64,000 bases of DNA from a virus. The translations under genes and the position numbers were made by a program. How positions within the stretch are numbered: the stretch's first letter is position 1; each line of letters starts with the position of its first letter. Shown here in pieces: positions 40,759 through 50,565 of the stretch. The stretch lies in the IMG/VR virus record IMGVR_UViG_3300048029_000266, positions 3,432-67,431 of that record, one strand, 5' to 3'. The notes beneath the pieces are model-generated. The model was not told the origin of the DNA, ran no database searches, and saw nothing but the letters and a program-made list of their open reading frames with translations.

Positions 40759-41208
40759 ATGAATACCAATCAAGTTAGAAACTATCTATTGTATGATAGA
40801 ACTGCAATGGATGTAACAGGTTTGAAACTAGAATATTTCAAGGCTGCAATGAAAGATGAGAACTGGCATCAGTTCTTATTGTCAGACGAGTACGATAATC
40901 TACTCGAAACGTTGAAGGTTAATCCATACGAAAGAGCACATCAAGCATTTCGTAGGGAAGAATCACACGACATTATTAAGTCTGTTGATAAAAAGAATAT
41001 GATTGTTACAATGCTAGATGGCTCAACTAGAAGACCTATCTTCTTTGAGAACAGCTTTCTTAAAATGCAACAATGGATTCAAAACAAGAACTCTACATAT
41101 AACTATCGTAAACGTATGTTTATTAAAGAGTATCTTGGTAAATTCAAGAAGAAAAAAATGTCTAACTATGAACTAGCTACTAACAAGCTAGGAGACTTTT
41201 TAAAGTAA
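40759..41208 (+). CDS. Early hypothetical protein (start revised to MNTNQ)
   Basis: AATTATG start context. Confidence 0.65.
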   Translation: MNTNQVRNYLLYDRTAMDVTGLKLEYFKAAMKDENWHQFLLSDEYDNLLETLKVNPYERAHQAFRREESHDIIKSVDKKNMIVTMLDGSTRRPIFFENSFLKMQQWIQNKNSTYNYRKRMFIKEYLGKFKKKKMSNYELATNKLGDFLK

Positions 41209-41294
41209 TGTGGTTGTACATTTGGTTGAGCGTAGTGGCATTATACTGCTACGCTCTTTATGATTATAATAAAGGTAAATTTAAAAATAATTAG
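41208..41294 (+). CDS. 28-aa membrane micropeptide MWLYIWLSVVALYCYALYDYNKGKFKNN
   Basis: Hand-translated; TAATG coupling to the upstream stop; fills the gap exactly. Confidence 0.5.
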   Translation: MWLYIWLSVVALYCYALYDYNKGKFKNN

Positions 41295-41296
41295 TT

Positions 41297-41557
41297 ATGA
41301 TAAATGATAAGTCGGTAGACAGCTACCACAAATTATTAGAGTCTGGTGTGTTAAGCAAAAGACAAGCGCAAGTGTATCACGCTATAATGACGCTTGGTCA
41401 ATGTACCAACAGACATATAGCTCGAGCTTTAAGCTGGGATATAAATAGAGTAACAGGACGTGTTACAGAACTGCGTAATAAAAACGTAGTAGAATATGCA
41501 GGAGATTACAAAGATCCTGAAACAGATAGAACAGTTAATTTATGGAAAGTAAAATGA
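41297..41557 (+). CDS. Winged-helix DNA-binding protein
   Basis: LSKRQAQVY...TNRHIARALSWDINRVTGRVTEL. Confidence 0.75.
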   Translation: MINDKSVDSYHKLLESGVLSKRQAQVYHAIMTLGQCTNRHIARALSWDINRVTGRVTELRNKNVVEYAGDYKDPETDRTVNLWKVK

Positions 41558-41838
41558 AAGATCCAATTAGTAAATGGGCTAACGAAGCTCAAAAGAGAAA
41601 CAAAGAAGAGTTCATGGCTATGCGTCAAGCAGAGTGTGAGAAAGAGAGAGTATGTGATGAAGCATATAATGCTATGTATCACTACGCATCTACATTAAAC
41701 TATATAAACGATAGACTTGATGTTATGCGTAGAACTATGGCAGACTATGTAGATGAAATATACGATCCAGCTGAAATAGCTAGATTCGATGAACTAGTTA
41801 AATTAAAAAACTTTATTAATAAATTAAAAAATAAATAA
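41554..41838 (+). CDS. Early hypothetical coiled-coil protein
   Basis: ATGA overlap with the previous stop. Confidence 0.6.
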   Translation: MKDPISKWANEAQKRNKEEFMAMRQAECEKERVCDEAYNAMYHYASTLNYINDRLDVMRRTMADYVDEIYDPAEIARFDELVKLKNFINKLKNK

Positions 41839-41839
41839 T

Positions 41840-42067
41840 ATGAATATTATTTGGATGAGTGCAGCTGGCGCTGCTGGTTTTTACTTGATACTACGCAAGG
41901 TAATGTCAAGAAAAGTATTTCTTAAAACCAATGTATTGTGGGATGTCCTACTAACATTTGGACTACCATTACTATTCCTGGGTACATTCTCAGGTATGGT
42001 TACAGCCATTTTAACTGGTCTGATATTTACAGTAGGCACAGCCTTAATGAAAAAGTTTAACCAATAA
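41840..42067 (+). CDS. Small membrane protein
   Basis: Hydrophobic; DVLLT...GTFSGMVTAILTGL. Confidence 0.65.
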   Translation: MNIIWMSAAGAAGFYLILRKVMSRKVFLKTNVLWDVLLTFGLPLLFLGTFSGMVTAILTGLIFTVGTALMKKFNQ

Positions 42068-42077
42068 ATATATAACA

Positions 42078-42440
42078 ATGAAAAAGTCTAATTTAATTAA
42101 AGGCAAGATACATCAATACGAATGTAAACAAACAGGTCAAATAAAGCTTAACGCTTTACTTAAACTTGAAAGTCTAATAGACAAGGTAGATAAAGATGGT
42201 AATGTAGCTATAACTATAATACCACAGAAACAAGAAAACCTTGAAAATCCTAGATATGTGAACGCTTATGGTAACCATTACGCTGTGCACAACAAACATT
42301 ATGATATTGCTAAAGGCAAACTCATAAAGCTAGCTTTACAAAAGGCAGAAGATAGTATTATCAACCCAGAAATAGCAGAGTTAAATGCTGAGGCTGGTCT
42401 ATCAGAAGAAAATCTAGAAGCTAAATATAATAATAGATAA
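42078..42440 (+). CDS. Early hypothetical protein
   Basis: Packed ORF; N-terminal half ends in YGNHYAV. Confidence 0.6.
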   Translation: MKKSNLIKGKIHQYECKQTGQIKLNALLKLESLIDKVDKDGNVAITIIPQKQENLENPRYVNAYGNHYAVHNKHYDIAKGKLIKLALQKAEDSIINPEIAELNAEAGLSEENLEAKYNNR

Positions 42441-42655
42441 TGTCAGTAACAGAATCACAAGAAAAAGCATACGATTATTGTCAAACAGTAATTGAATCTT
42501 GCACTACTAAAGAACAGCTGGACAGCGCAGCTAATCTTATAGAAAACTTTTTAACAACACATGGTAGTGGCGCTATGCGTGATTACGCTATCCTTGTAAA
42601 TAAAGTATTTAATAAAAAATTAAATTTAGATTATGCGTCAAGAAATATTGAATAG
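42440..42655 (+). CDS. Early hypothetical protein
   Basis: VIESCTTKEQLDSAANLIENF motif; coupled start. Confidence 0.6.
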   Translation: MSVTESQEKAYDYCQTVIESCTTKEQLDSAANLIENFLTTHGSGAMRDYAILVNKVFNKKLNLDYASRNIE

Positions 42656-42782
42656 ATTGCGTAAAGCACAACGAACTGTAGAACAGTTTGATGAAAATAA
42701 GTTCAAAAGAGATGTAGGACATCTTAAAATAGAACTTAAATACAGGTATAATAAACTAATAGAAAAATTAAAAATTAAATAA
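42633..42782 (+). CDS. 49-aa basic hypothetical protein (not in ORF track)
   Basis: Hand-translated MRQEILNRLRKAQ...KLKIK; fills the gap before 42785. Confidence 0.5.
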   Translation: MRQEILNRLRKAQRTVEQFDENKFKRDVGHLKIELKYRYNKLIEKLKIK

Positions 42783-42784
42783 TT

Positions 42785-43258
42785 ATGGGATTAGACATGT
42801 ATCTAACCAGGAAGACATATCTTGGTACACAATGGGAACACAGAGGTGTTACAGCAGAAATCACAGTAAAAAGTGAAGGTAAAACTGTTGATGTAGGTAT
42901 AAATCCACATCGAATAGAAGAGATAACTGAATCGGCTATGTACTGGCGTAAAGCTAATCACATCCATAAATGGTTTGTAGAAAACGTACAAAATGGAGAA
43001 GATGACTGTGGCACATATCCTGTTTCATTAGATCAGCTCAAAGACTTAAGAGATCTTTGTGAAGAGGTCATTAACAAGAGAGATGAAGCTAGTGAACTGT
43101 TACCTACACAAGCAGGTTTCTTCTTTGGTACACAAGACTATGATGAATACTATTTTGAAGATATTATTGATACCTATAATGATCTTCGTAAAATTATAGA
43201 TAATTATCCATCAGGGACATTATTCTACGTTGATTACTATTATTCATCTTCCTGGTAA
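42785..43258 (+). CDS. Conserved phage early protein (MGLDMYL / YWRKAN family)
   Basis: MGLDMYL...YWRKANHIHKWF...LLPTQAGFFFG...YYSSW. Confidence 0.75.
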   Translation: MGLDMYLTRKTYLGTQWEHRGVTAEITVKSEGKTVDVGINPHRIEEITESAMYWRKANHIHKWFVENVQNGEDDCGTYPVSLDQLKDLRDLCEEVINKRDEASELLPTQAGFFFGTQDYDEYYFEDIIDTYNDLRKIIDNYPSGTLFYVDYYYSSSW

Positions 43259-43545
43259 TGAGTTACGATAATTGGAAACTATCCAATCCACAAGACGATG
43301 GCTGGACCTCTGACGAGGTTACCAGCTGTTGTGGCGTGGAGCAGGAAGGAAGCGGAGCAAGTAATTGCTGTGACGCTAGATTCTGGGGACATACAGATAT
43401 TTGTGGCAAGTGTAGAGAACACGCAGATGAATATATGATATGCACAGAATGCGAAGAAGACGATTCACAATATGAAATGATTAGTGAATACGAATACAAT
43501 GAACGCAGACGAGAGGATGCACAAGAACATAATAGAGATGAGTAG
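43258..43545 (+). CDS. Cys-rich zinc-finger-like protein
   Basis: YDNWKLSNP, SCCG, NCCDA, CGKC, CTEC. Confidence 0.65.
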   Translation: MSYDNWKLSNPQDDGWTSDEVTSCCGVEQEGSGASNCCDARFWGHTDICGKCREHADEYMICTECEEDDSQYEMISEYEYNERRREDAQEHNRDE

Positions 43546-43741
43546 TAGAAGACATTTGTACAGTAGACTAACAGAAGGTGAAATGCATGTATATGCAAAA
43601 TGGCTGTTAGAAGAATGCAACGAACCGATAGATGAAATAGTTTGGCTATTACATCATTGTATGGTACAGGATGAAGAACATATAACTATACAAGTTAAAC
43701 AAGTACTTGAGCATTTAAATGATAATATAAAAGAAAGATAA
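43538..43741 (+). CDS. Early hypothetical protein (start revised to MSSRR)
   Basis: ATG overlapping the end of the upstream gene. Confidence 0.55.
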   Translation: MSSRRHLYSRLTEGEMHVYAKWLLEECNEPIDEIVWLLHHCMVQDEEHITIQVKQVLEHLNDNIKER

Positions 43742-43983
43742 TGATTAAAAATCCAAGAAAGTATTGGACTGACAAAGTAGATGACGTTCTTGTTGGTCGC
43801 ACTATCGTAAAGATAGAATATATGCCTGAAGAAGAGGTTAAAGAATGGATGTGGTATAAAACACCAATCGTAATACATCTTGACGATGGAGGTATGCTTA
43901 TACCTTCTATGGATGATGAAGGTAATGATGGTGGTGCTATACTTACAAACTATAAAAAACTAGGCACAATACCTGTAATATGA
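43741..43983 (+). CDS. Conserved phage hypothetical protein
   Basis: LVGRTIVKIEY...PSMDDEGNDGG. Confidence 0.7.
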   Translation: MIKNPRKYWTDKVDDVLVGRTIVKIEYMPEEEVKEWMWYKTPIVIHLDDGGMLIPSMDDEGNDGGAILTNYKKLGTIPVI

Positions 43984-44276
43984 AAGATTACACAGAAGCT
44001 TACATATGGACAACAGCCAAAGGCGAAAAAATTCATGTAGACGACATGACTGAAACTCATGCGAAAAATGCTCTTAAACTAATACTAAGAAAAATATATG
44101 AGTTTGAAAACAAACCAAAAGAAACTAATAGGCAAAAGCTTATTAGAGAAGCAAATGATCCTAATCGTAACCCATTTCAAGGCGAAATAGCTGCTGAACA
44201 ATGGGATTATTATATGCTTGGTCAAGCAGATTACGATGAAATAAATGATCCTTTACCAATTAAACATTATTTATAA
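43980..44276 (+). CDS. Early hypothetical protein
   Basis: WTTAKGEKIHVDDMTETHAKNAL motif. Confidence 0.65.
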   Translation: MKDYTEAYIWTTAKGEKIHVDDMTETHAKNALKLILRKIYEFENKPKETNRQKLIREANDPNRNPFQGEIAAEQWDYYMLGQADYDEINDPLPIKHYL

Positions 44277-44548
44277 TGAAAGTTAAATTATTGCAACGAC
44301 AGGTTTTTTACAAAGTAGGTGTTATCGAAATAGATATACCTAATTTAGAAGAATCTGATTTTACTGGTGTACATCAATACCTTAGTGATCATCAAGATTT
44401 ATGGGCTGATAAGCTAGCAGAAAATATGGACAAATGTCCATTAAATCACGGTTTTGGATTATGTGATCTTACTAATAGATGGTCAGACACAACAGAAGAA
44501 ACTGAATACTTATACGAACTGCCTAACGGAAATGGAGGGCACATTTAA
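44276..44548 (+). CDS. Early hypothetical protein
   Basis: Coupled ORF ending NGGHI. Confidence 0.6.
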   Translation: MKVKLLQRQVFYKVGVIEIDIPNLEESDFTGVHQYLSDHQDLWADKLAENMDKCPLNHGFGLCDLTNRWSDTTEETEYLYELPNGNGGHI

Positions 44549-44555
44549 TAATATT

Positions 44556-45428
44556 ATGGACAACAATCAAAAGATTTTCGAAACATTGTACAACACTAAC
44601 ACAGCTTGGTCTGTACAAAAAGAACCGTTATTTACACAAGACGGAAAACAAACGCAGAGCTATGGTTTATTTAGATCTGATAATAACGCCTGGTTAAGTA
44701 CTGTAGGTGAAAGATACGTTCCTATGCAGAACGCAGAACTAGCTGAAATTATGGTTAGAATACAACAGAGATTTGGTGGTGACATCAAAGGTAATGCTAT
44801 GGGTAGAATTGCAGGTCAAAAAGTGTACTACCAACTATCATTAGAAGATTATAACATTAATGGCGACACGTTAAAACGTCATATTACTTGTTTAAACTCG
44901 CATGATGGCTCACACTCTATAGGTTTTGGTTCTACCAACACGGTTATATCGTGTTCTAACACCTTTCACATGGCTATGAAAGACCTATCTAAGTTTAGGC
45001 ATACTATGAGTGCATCGCAAAGATTACAGTTTGCTGTAGACGAGTTTGAAAAAGCCTTAATACTTGATGATAATCTTATGCTTACATACAAAGCGATGAA
45101 TAGAGTTTCTGTAGATCAAACTATCATTGAAAGTGTTATGCAAAAGATATTTAAAGTTGATATGAATAGTAAGGTTAGTGATAACTCTACACGTAAGAAA
45201 AACCAAATTGAAAACTTTGGTAAAGCTATGTCGCATGAGCTTGCAGCAAAAGGCAATACCCTGTGGGGATTATTTAATGCTGTAACCTATTATACCAATC
45301 ACATTGATAATAAAGGCGAAGAAAATCTTATGACAGGCTCTGGATACAAAAAGAACTTGATAGCTTTTAAAACCATTGAGAATCAGTTAATGGAAAAAGG
45401 AATGTTAATTAATTTACAAGAAGTATAA
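44556..45428 (+). CDS. DUF932/DUF945-family protein (start revised to MDNNQ)
   Basis: VGERYVPMQN...LNSHDGS...VISCSNT...RHT...GNTLWGLFNAVTYY. Confidence 0.85.
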   Translation: MDNNQKIFETLYNTNTAWSVQKEPLFTQDGKQTQSYGLFRSDNNAWLSTVGERYVPMQNAELAEIMVRIQQRFGGDIKGNAMGRIAGQKVYYQLSLEDYNINGDTLKRHITCLNSHDGSHSIGFGSTNTVISCSNTFHMAMKDLSKFRHTMSASQRLQFAVDEFEKALILDDNLMLTYKAMNRVSVDQTIIESVMQKIFKVDMNSKVSDNSTRKKNQIENFGKAMSHELAAKGNTLWGLFNAVTYYTNHIDNKGEENLMTGSGYKKNLIAFKTIENQLMEKGMLINLQEV

Positions 45429-45430
45429 TT

Positions 45431-45805
45431 ATGAGTAATGAATGGCTAGATTACAATAATTCACAAAATGATTTATTGAAAAATGATCACAAAGTATACG
45501 TAGCAAGCTACGAAGAAACGCATGACGAATTTCAGTACAAAGACTATTTGTACGATATGATAAATGCATTAAAAGACATGGGTTGTAGTGTTTGGGACGT
45601 GGAAGTTCAAAACGCTGACTGGCGTGGACAAACGGGATATATGACATCAAGTGATCCTGAAAAGATAGCAGATGCATTGTTAATGCACAATGGACGTTGT
45701 CGCACAGATGTGTGGATGGATGGTGATGGACTTGCAGGAGTCTGTTACCACCATGACGCACCTACTGGATCTTGGTTTACAATTAAAATTAATGAAGAAG
45801 AATAA
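45431..45805 (+). CDS. Conserved phage hypothetical protein
   Basis: WRGQTGY...HHDAPTG motif. Confidence 0.65.
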   Translation: MSNEWLDYNNSQNDLLKNDHKVYVASYEETHDEFQYKDYLYDMINALKDMGCSVWDVEVQNADWRGQTGYMTSSDPEKIADALLMHNGRCRTDVWMDGDGLAGVCYHHDAPTGSWFTIKINEEE

Positions 45806-45807
45806 TT

Positions 45808-46128
45808 ATGAAAGACACTAATGAAATAGAAAGACAATTACAGAATAAAGCTGATAATTACATCGAACAAAAGTCAAAAGAAATGTTTGAAATACACAAA
45901 GATATAGTTCGACATATAGGCGGATCTCTTCCAAGCTATATTGATTATATTAGTGATTATGGTGACTGGAAGTCAGCGTATTCAGCTGATAGAGATAATT
46001 TTTACAACAGTTCTTCACCAGTAGAAACTGAACATAAGTATAGATTAGAATTAACTAAGACCTACAAAAAAAGACTTGTAGCTAAGTATACAAAAGAATT
46101 GATTGCTAAATTAGACATATTAGGATAA
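45808..46128 (+). CDS. Early hypothetical protein
   Basis: Packed ORF. Confidence 0.6.
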   Translation: MKDTNEIERQLQNKADNYIEQKSKEMFEIHKDIVRHIGGSLPSYIDYISDYGDWKSAYSADRDNFYNSSSPVETEHKYRLELTKTYKKRLVAKYTKELIAKLDILG

Positions 46129-46155
46129 CTATGAAATACTATAAAATAGAAGACG

Positions 46156-46713
46156 ATGCCTAATTGGTGTTGGAATAATTTAACAGTAACGTGCACAAAA
46201 GAATATGTTGCTGAACTACAAGATTTTGTAGAAAAATCCACAAACATTAAAGATGAAGAGTTTTCTTTTGAGGGAACTTTACCTCGTGGTGATCGTGAAG
46301 ACTGGTATAACTGGTCTTTGGAAAATTGGGGCTGTAAATGGGATGCTTGTGAACCATACATAAATGAATCAGATTCACAATGTTTTTCAGTAAGCTTTGA
46401 TTCAGCATGGGCACCGCCAACAGAATGGTTGCGTAATATTATGGATGACTATCCTAATCTTGAGTTTGAACTTGAATATGATGAGCCTGGCATGTGTTTT
46501 GCTGGTGTTTTAAATGTACATGGTGCAATAGGAAGATTTCATGATCATTATTTTGAAACAGATTCAGCATCACAATGTTGTCAAGCAAAAGTGTTTTGCG
46601 ATGGTGAAGATGAATATACGCTTGAAGAAGGTAGTGAATGGCAATGCTCTGAATGCAAAGAAGAGTGTGAAACATTTATGATGAATGAAAGCGAAATCAA
46701 AAATAATGTTTAA
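46156..46713 (+). CDS. DUF1281/YubB ferredoxin-like protein with C-terminal Cys module
   Basis: MPNWC...WYNWSLENWGCKW...FDSAWAPP...YDEPGMCFAG; tail SQCCQA...CSECKEEC. Confidence 0.8.
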   Translation: MPNWCWNNLTVTCTKEYVAELQDFVEKSTNIKDEEFSFEGTLPRGDREDWYNWSLENWGCKWDACEPYINESDSQCFSVSFDSAWAPPTEWLRNIMDDYPNLEFELEYDEPGMCFAGVLNVHGAIGRFHDHYFETDSASQCCQAKVFCDGEDEYTLEEGSEWQCSECKEECETFMMNESEIKNNV

Positions 46714-46736
46714 ATTTAACGTCCCAAATTTATGAA

Positions 46737-48047
46737 ATGCACGATGAATTAATAACATATGAGCTAGAAACAGCTTTATTGTCTAAGCTTCTGATGTATC
46801 CTGAATTATATTATGAGAATGCACAGATGTTAAATGTGGGTATGTTTACAAACTTATTCCACAAAAAAGTTTATGATCAGTTTTTGGTGATGCAATCAGA
46901 GCAAAAAGATGTAGATTTAGTATCTATGTCTTCTGCTTTGAATTGCAATAGAGAGGAGAGAATAAGATTGTCTGCTATTTATACTCACGAAAATACTTTT
47001 TATAATGTAAAATCCTGTATTGCAGAGCTTAATGCTTGCACACAGAAAAGAAACTTACAGCTTTTAATTACAGAAGCACACAATAAGTTTCAAAATCAAG
47101 AACCAATTGAAGACATTATAGCCTACATTAATAAGATGAATGCTAAAATAATGGTAGTTGAAGATACTGATGTTGCTAATATATCATCACAAATCAAAGA
47201 CTTTTTAATTGACATTGATAAAAGAATATCATCAGAAGGTATTATTGGTGTAACTACTGGCTTTTCATCGTTGGATGATTTTACAGGCGGTTGGCAAGAA
47301 ACAGATTTAGTTATAATAGGTGCAGCGTCATCTATGGGTAAAACTAGTCTTGCATTAAATCTTGCTTATAACGCTGTAAAAATAGCTAAACAGCCTGCAC
47401 TAATATTTTCATACGAGATGTCTGTAAATCAACTTATAATGCGTCTAGTGGCGTTAGAATCAGAGATTCCTATAAGATGGATACAAAATGGACAGCTTAA
47501 CGATGAAGACTTACGCAGAGTTCAACAAACTGCTAGCGAAATTATGGATAAATCCATATACATTGACGAGTGTAAACAAACGTCATTGAAATATTTATTA
47601 TCTAAAACTAGACAGTATGTACATAGCTGCGGTGTTAAGCTTGTGTTTGTTGACTACTTACAACTTGTCACAGCGAGTGTCGGATCAAAAGGAACCAGAG
47701 AGCAAGAGGTCTCAAAAGTTGCTAGGGCACTCAAAAACCTTGCCAAAGAACTAAATATTACGATTATTGCATTGTCGCAATTAAATCGTGGTGTAGGTTA
47801 TAGAGCTGAAAGCAAACCAACATTGTCAGACCTTAGAGAATCAGGTGAAATCGAGCAAGCCGCAGATATTGTAGCTTTAGTTTATAGGCCTGAATACTAT
47901 GGTATAAACCAAGATGAAAATGGTGAATCTACACAAGGCAAAGCGCAAATAATATTTGCTAAAGGCCGTAACATAGGTGTGGGTACAGTTACACTAAATT
48001 TTATTAGTGAATTGACTAAATTTCAAGAGAAATCTTTAGATTTTTAG
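46737..48047 (+). CDS. dnaB: Replicative DNA helicase, DnaB family
   Basis: GAASSMGKTS Walker A, FSYEMS, VFVDYLQL, ALSQLNR, DLRESGEIEQAAD, AKGRN. Confidence 0.95.
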   Translation: MHDELITYELETALLSKLLMYPELYYENAQMLNVGMFTNLFHKKVYDQFLVMQSEQKDVDLVSMSSALNCNREERIRLSAIYTHENTFYNVKSCIAELNACTQKRNLQLLITEAHNKFQNQEPIEDIIAYINKMNAKIMVVEDTDVANISSQIKDFLIDIDKRISSEGIIGVTTGFSSLDDFTGGWQETDLVIIGAASSMGKTSLALNLAYNAVKIAKQPALIFSYEMSVNQLIMRLVALESEIPIRWIQNGQLNDEDLRRVQQTASEIMDKSIYIDECKQTSLKYLLSKTRQYVHSCGVKLVFVDYLQLVTASVGSKGTREQEVSKVARALKNLAKELNITIIALSQLNRGVGYRAESKPTLSDLRESGEIEQAADIVALVYRPEYYGINQDENGESTQGKAQIIFAKGRNIGVGTVTLNFISELTKFQEKSLDF

Positions 48048-48069
48048 ATTAATATTTGTATTTTTATAC

Positions 48070-48303
48070 ATGTCTGATAACACAAAACTAAGGAGAATAA
48101 TAGCAGAAATTTCACATGATTTAGGACTAGATAAGAAGCTAGTGAGGCGCATACTTATATCAGTATTTCGCGAAATTGGCTTTGCAATTATATTGCGTGG
48201 TAGACCTGTTATGTTTAGAAAGTTCTTAAAAATCGTTTTTGCGATACGTGCTGGTAAAAAGATGCACGAAACATTTGATAAATATGAAACACGAAAGAAA
48301 TGA
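48070..48303 (+). CDS. HU/IHF-like small DNA-binding protein
   Basis: IIAEISHDLGLDKKLVRRILISVF...GRPVMFRKFLKI. Confidence 0.55.
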   Translation: MSDNTKLRRIIAEISHDLGLDKKLVRRILISVFREIGFAIILRGRPVMFRKFLKIVFAIRAGKKMHETFDKYETRKK

Positions 48304-48809
48304 CAAAATTAAAAACAGTTAACATTAAAGGTAAAGAATACGTTGAGGTTAACGAAAGGATTAAACATTTTAGAGGTAACTACAAAGGATGGTGTTTAAC
48401 ATCTGACATTGTAGAACTTACAGATGATCGTTGTGTAATTAAAGCTACAATCTTTGATGACAACGGTAACATACGTGCCACAGGCCATGCGTATGAAAAA
48501 GAAGGCTCGTCCTTTATTAACAAAACAAGTTTTGTAGAAAATTGCGAGACATCAGCTTGGGGACGTGCATTGTCTAATCTTGGCATTGGCATAGATACGT
48601 CAGTAGCTTCTTATGAAGAGGTTGCAAATGCTATAAATCAACAAGCAGACAAGCCAAAAGCAAAACCAAAGCTTGATGAAGACAAATTTAACAATATGCT
48701 AAAAGCTATTGAAGCAGGAAAGGGCGATGCTGTAAAAGATAAGATGCCTAATTACGACATACCAGAACATATGTTGAAAGTATTAAATTCTAATTTAAAA
48801 TCTAAATAA
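48300..48809 (+). CDS. Single-strand annealing protein (Rad52/Sak-like)
   Basis: IKGKEYVEVNERI...ATGHAYE...NKTSFVENCETSAWGRAL..LGIG. Confidence 0.75.
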   Translation: MTKLKTVNIKGKEYVEVNERIKHFRGNYKGWCLTSDIVELTDDRCVIKATIFDDNGNIRATGHAYEKEGSSFINKTSFVENCETSAWGRALSNLGIGIDTSVASYEEVANAINQQADKPKAKPKLDEDKFNNMLKAIEAGKGDAVKDKMPNYDIPEHMLKVLNSNLKSK

Positions 48810-48811
48810 TT

Positions 48812-49384
48812 ATGAGTATAGAAGCATTTGATTTGGCAAGTTGCCAAGTAAAACCAAGTAAAGTTGTTGAGAATAAAAAGTACTTTAATGAAGGTGCGCA
48901 TAGATGTCAAGTTTTATCTGTGTCAAACTCACAACAAAGACAGAACTATAATGGTGCGCCATATATAGAATTTGACGTTGTTAACGAACAAGGTGAGTAT
49001 GGTAGAGCTAAGTTTTGGGCTGTACGTGATACAGATTCACCTAAGTCAAAAGAATGGAAAAAGAATACACTACACGAGTTTCTCACAAACTGTGGTGTAT
49101 TAGATTTTTCTAATGACATAAACTCTATTAAAGCTTCAGTTGGAGCTTGGGTTAATATTTGTTTCACTTACGAAGAGTATATGACTCTTAAAGATGGTGA
49201 GCCTGTAAAAAGAAAGGCTGTAAGGTATAGATGGTCTAGCAAAGACGGAATGAAAATTAAGTACGATGCTAAATACAATAAACCTATTTCACCTAAAGAT
49301 GAACAGGAGTTTGTTAATCTACATAAACCTAGTCAATCATCTGTAGTCATGCAAAGTGATGATGATGAAAACTTGCCATTCTAA
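48812..49384 (+). CDS. Putative ssDNA-binding protein (OB-fold, acidic DDENLPF tail)
   Basis: C-terminal DDDENLPF; follows the SSAP gene. Confidence 0.65.
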   Translation: MSIEAFDLASCQVKPSKVVENKKYFNEGAHRCQVLSVSNSQQRQNYNGAPYIEFDVVNEQGEYGRAKFWAVRDTDSPKSKEWKKNTLHEFLTNCGVLDFSNDINSIKASVGAWVNICFTYEEYMTLKDGEPVKRKAVRYRWSSKDGMKIKYDAKYNKPISPKDEQEFVNLHKPSQSSVVMQSDDDENLPF

Positions 49385-49419
49385 ATATTTTAGTATTTTT
49401 GTGACGAACTCACAAGAAT

Positions 49420-49782
49420 ATGTCAATATTTATAGCAGGGAATGTGCCTTCCAGTAAAAATTCAAAACGATGGACGGGTAAGATGTTAATCAACTCGAAA
49501 ACCGTTATGAAATATATCAAAGATACTAACCAACAGTACATTGACAATAGGGAGGTTTTTAAAGAAATGGTGGCAGGGAAGAAATTTCCTGTCACTATCT
49601 CTTTCACATTCATAAGAGGATCAAAACACAAATTTGATTATATTAATCCTGCGCAGACTGTACAAGATTTAATGGTAAAAAACAAATGGATAGAAGATGA
49701 TAACTGTGAATTTATGATACCGCAGTTTGAAGCTTATAGTTACGACAAACTCAATCCAGGAGTTATAATAAAAATTATATGA
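49420..49782 (+). CDS. RusA-like Holliday junction resolvase
   Basis: GNVPSSKNS...FDYIN...VQDLM...IEDDN. Confidence 0.75.
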   Translation: MSIFIAGNVPSSKNSKRWTGKMLINSKTVMKYIKDTNQQYIDNREVFKEMVAGKKFPVTISFTFIRGSKHKFDYINPAQTVQDLMVKNKWIEDDNCEFMIPQFEAYSYDKLNPGVIIKII

Positions 49783-50237
49783 ATACAATAGAAGATTTTT
49801 TAGATGCTTACATTGAAAGCAATAATCTCAATAAGCAAGAATTTACATCTAGCTCTCGAAGAAGAGAATTGGTAGATGCAAGAATGGTTTATTGTTCTGT
49901 TGCTCGTAAATGTGGTGACTTTACTTTAAAACAAATAGGTCAAAGCATTAACAGAGATCATGCTACAGCTTTGCACGCCATAAGAAATTATGATGTGTTG
50001 AGTGAAATGGACAAGGATCTAGTAAATAAATACAACAAGACTGTGGTATTATACAACATGTTGTTTTATACGCCAGACGCTAAGTCTAATGCACTTATGG
50101 ATACTTTGTTTAGAAGCAATAGTAAACTAAGAAAACTAATTACTATTAGAGACTCTCGTATTGAAATACAAAACGAAGAGATTAAAGGTTTAAAAAATAA
50201 AATTAAATTAATTGTTAAAGAACTCACAAATGAATAG
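49779..50237 (+). CDS. Protein with DnaA C-terminal (domain IV)-like HTH and coiled coil
   Basis: SRRRELVDARM...TLKQIGQSINRDHATALHAIR. Confidence 0.8.
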   Translation: MNTIEDFLDAYIESNNLNKQEFTSSSRRRELVDARMVYCSVARKCGDFTLKQIGQSINRDHATALHAIRNYDVLSEMDKDLVNKYNKTVVLYNMLFYTPDAKSNALMDTLFRSNSKLRKLITIRDSRIEIQNEEIKGLKNKIKLIVKELTNE

Positions 50238-50565
50238 AACAAAAAACACTAAAAAGAAAATAAACGTAGATGGTAAAGATGTGAAAGTAGATTTATCTGT
50301 ATATAAAGTACTTGAAAATTTATCAGAAGCATTAAAAGCGCATGAAATTGCGTTACTAACATGGGTACACAAAGTGTACAATGAAAAAGATAAGGCTGAT
50401 CATAGCCAAGAAGAAAGCGCATTGTTTCAGTATTGCATGATGATACCTGACGCATTGAATATATTAAAACGAATGAACGACATAGATGAAGAAAATAGAA
50501 AGGAAGGATCTGATGACAGCTCAGATAAGATCGGAGCTACAGAAGATAACGGATCTGTTAATTAG
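50230..50565 (+). CDS. Hypothetical protein (start revised to MNRTK)
   Basis: Packed ORF. Confidence 0.6.
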   Translation: MNRTKNTKKKINVDGKDVKVDLSVYKVLENLSEALKAHEIALLTWVHKVYNEKDKADHSQEESALFQYCMMIPDALNILKRMNDIDEENRKEGSDDSSDKIGATEDNGSVN

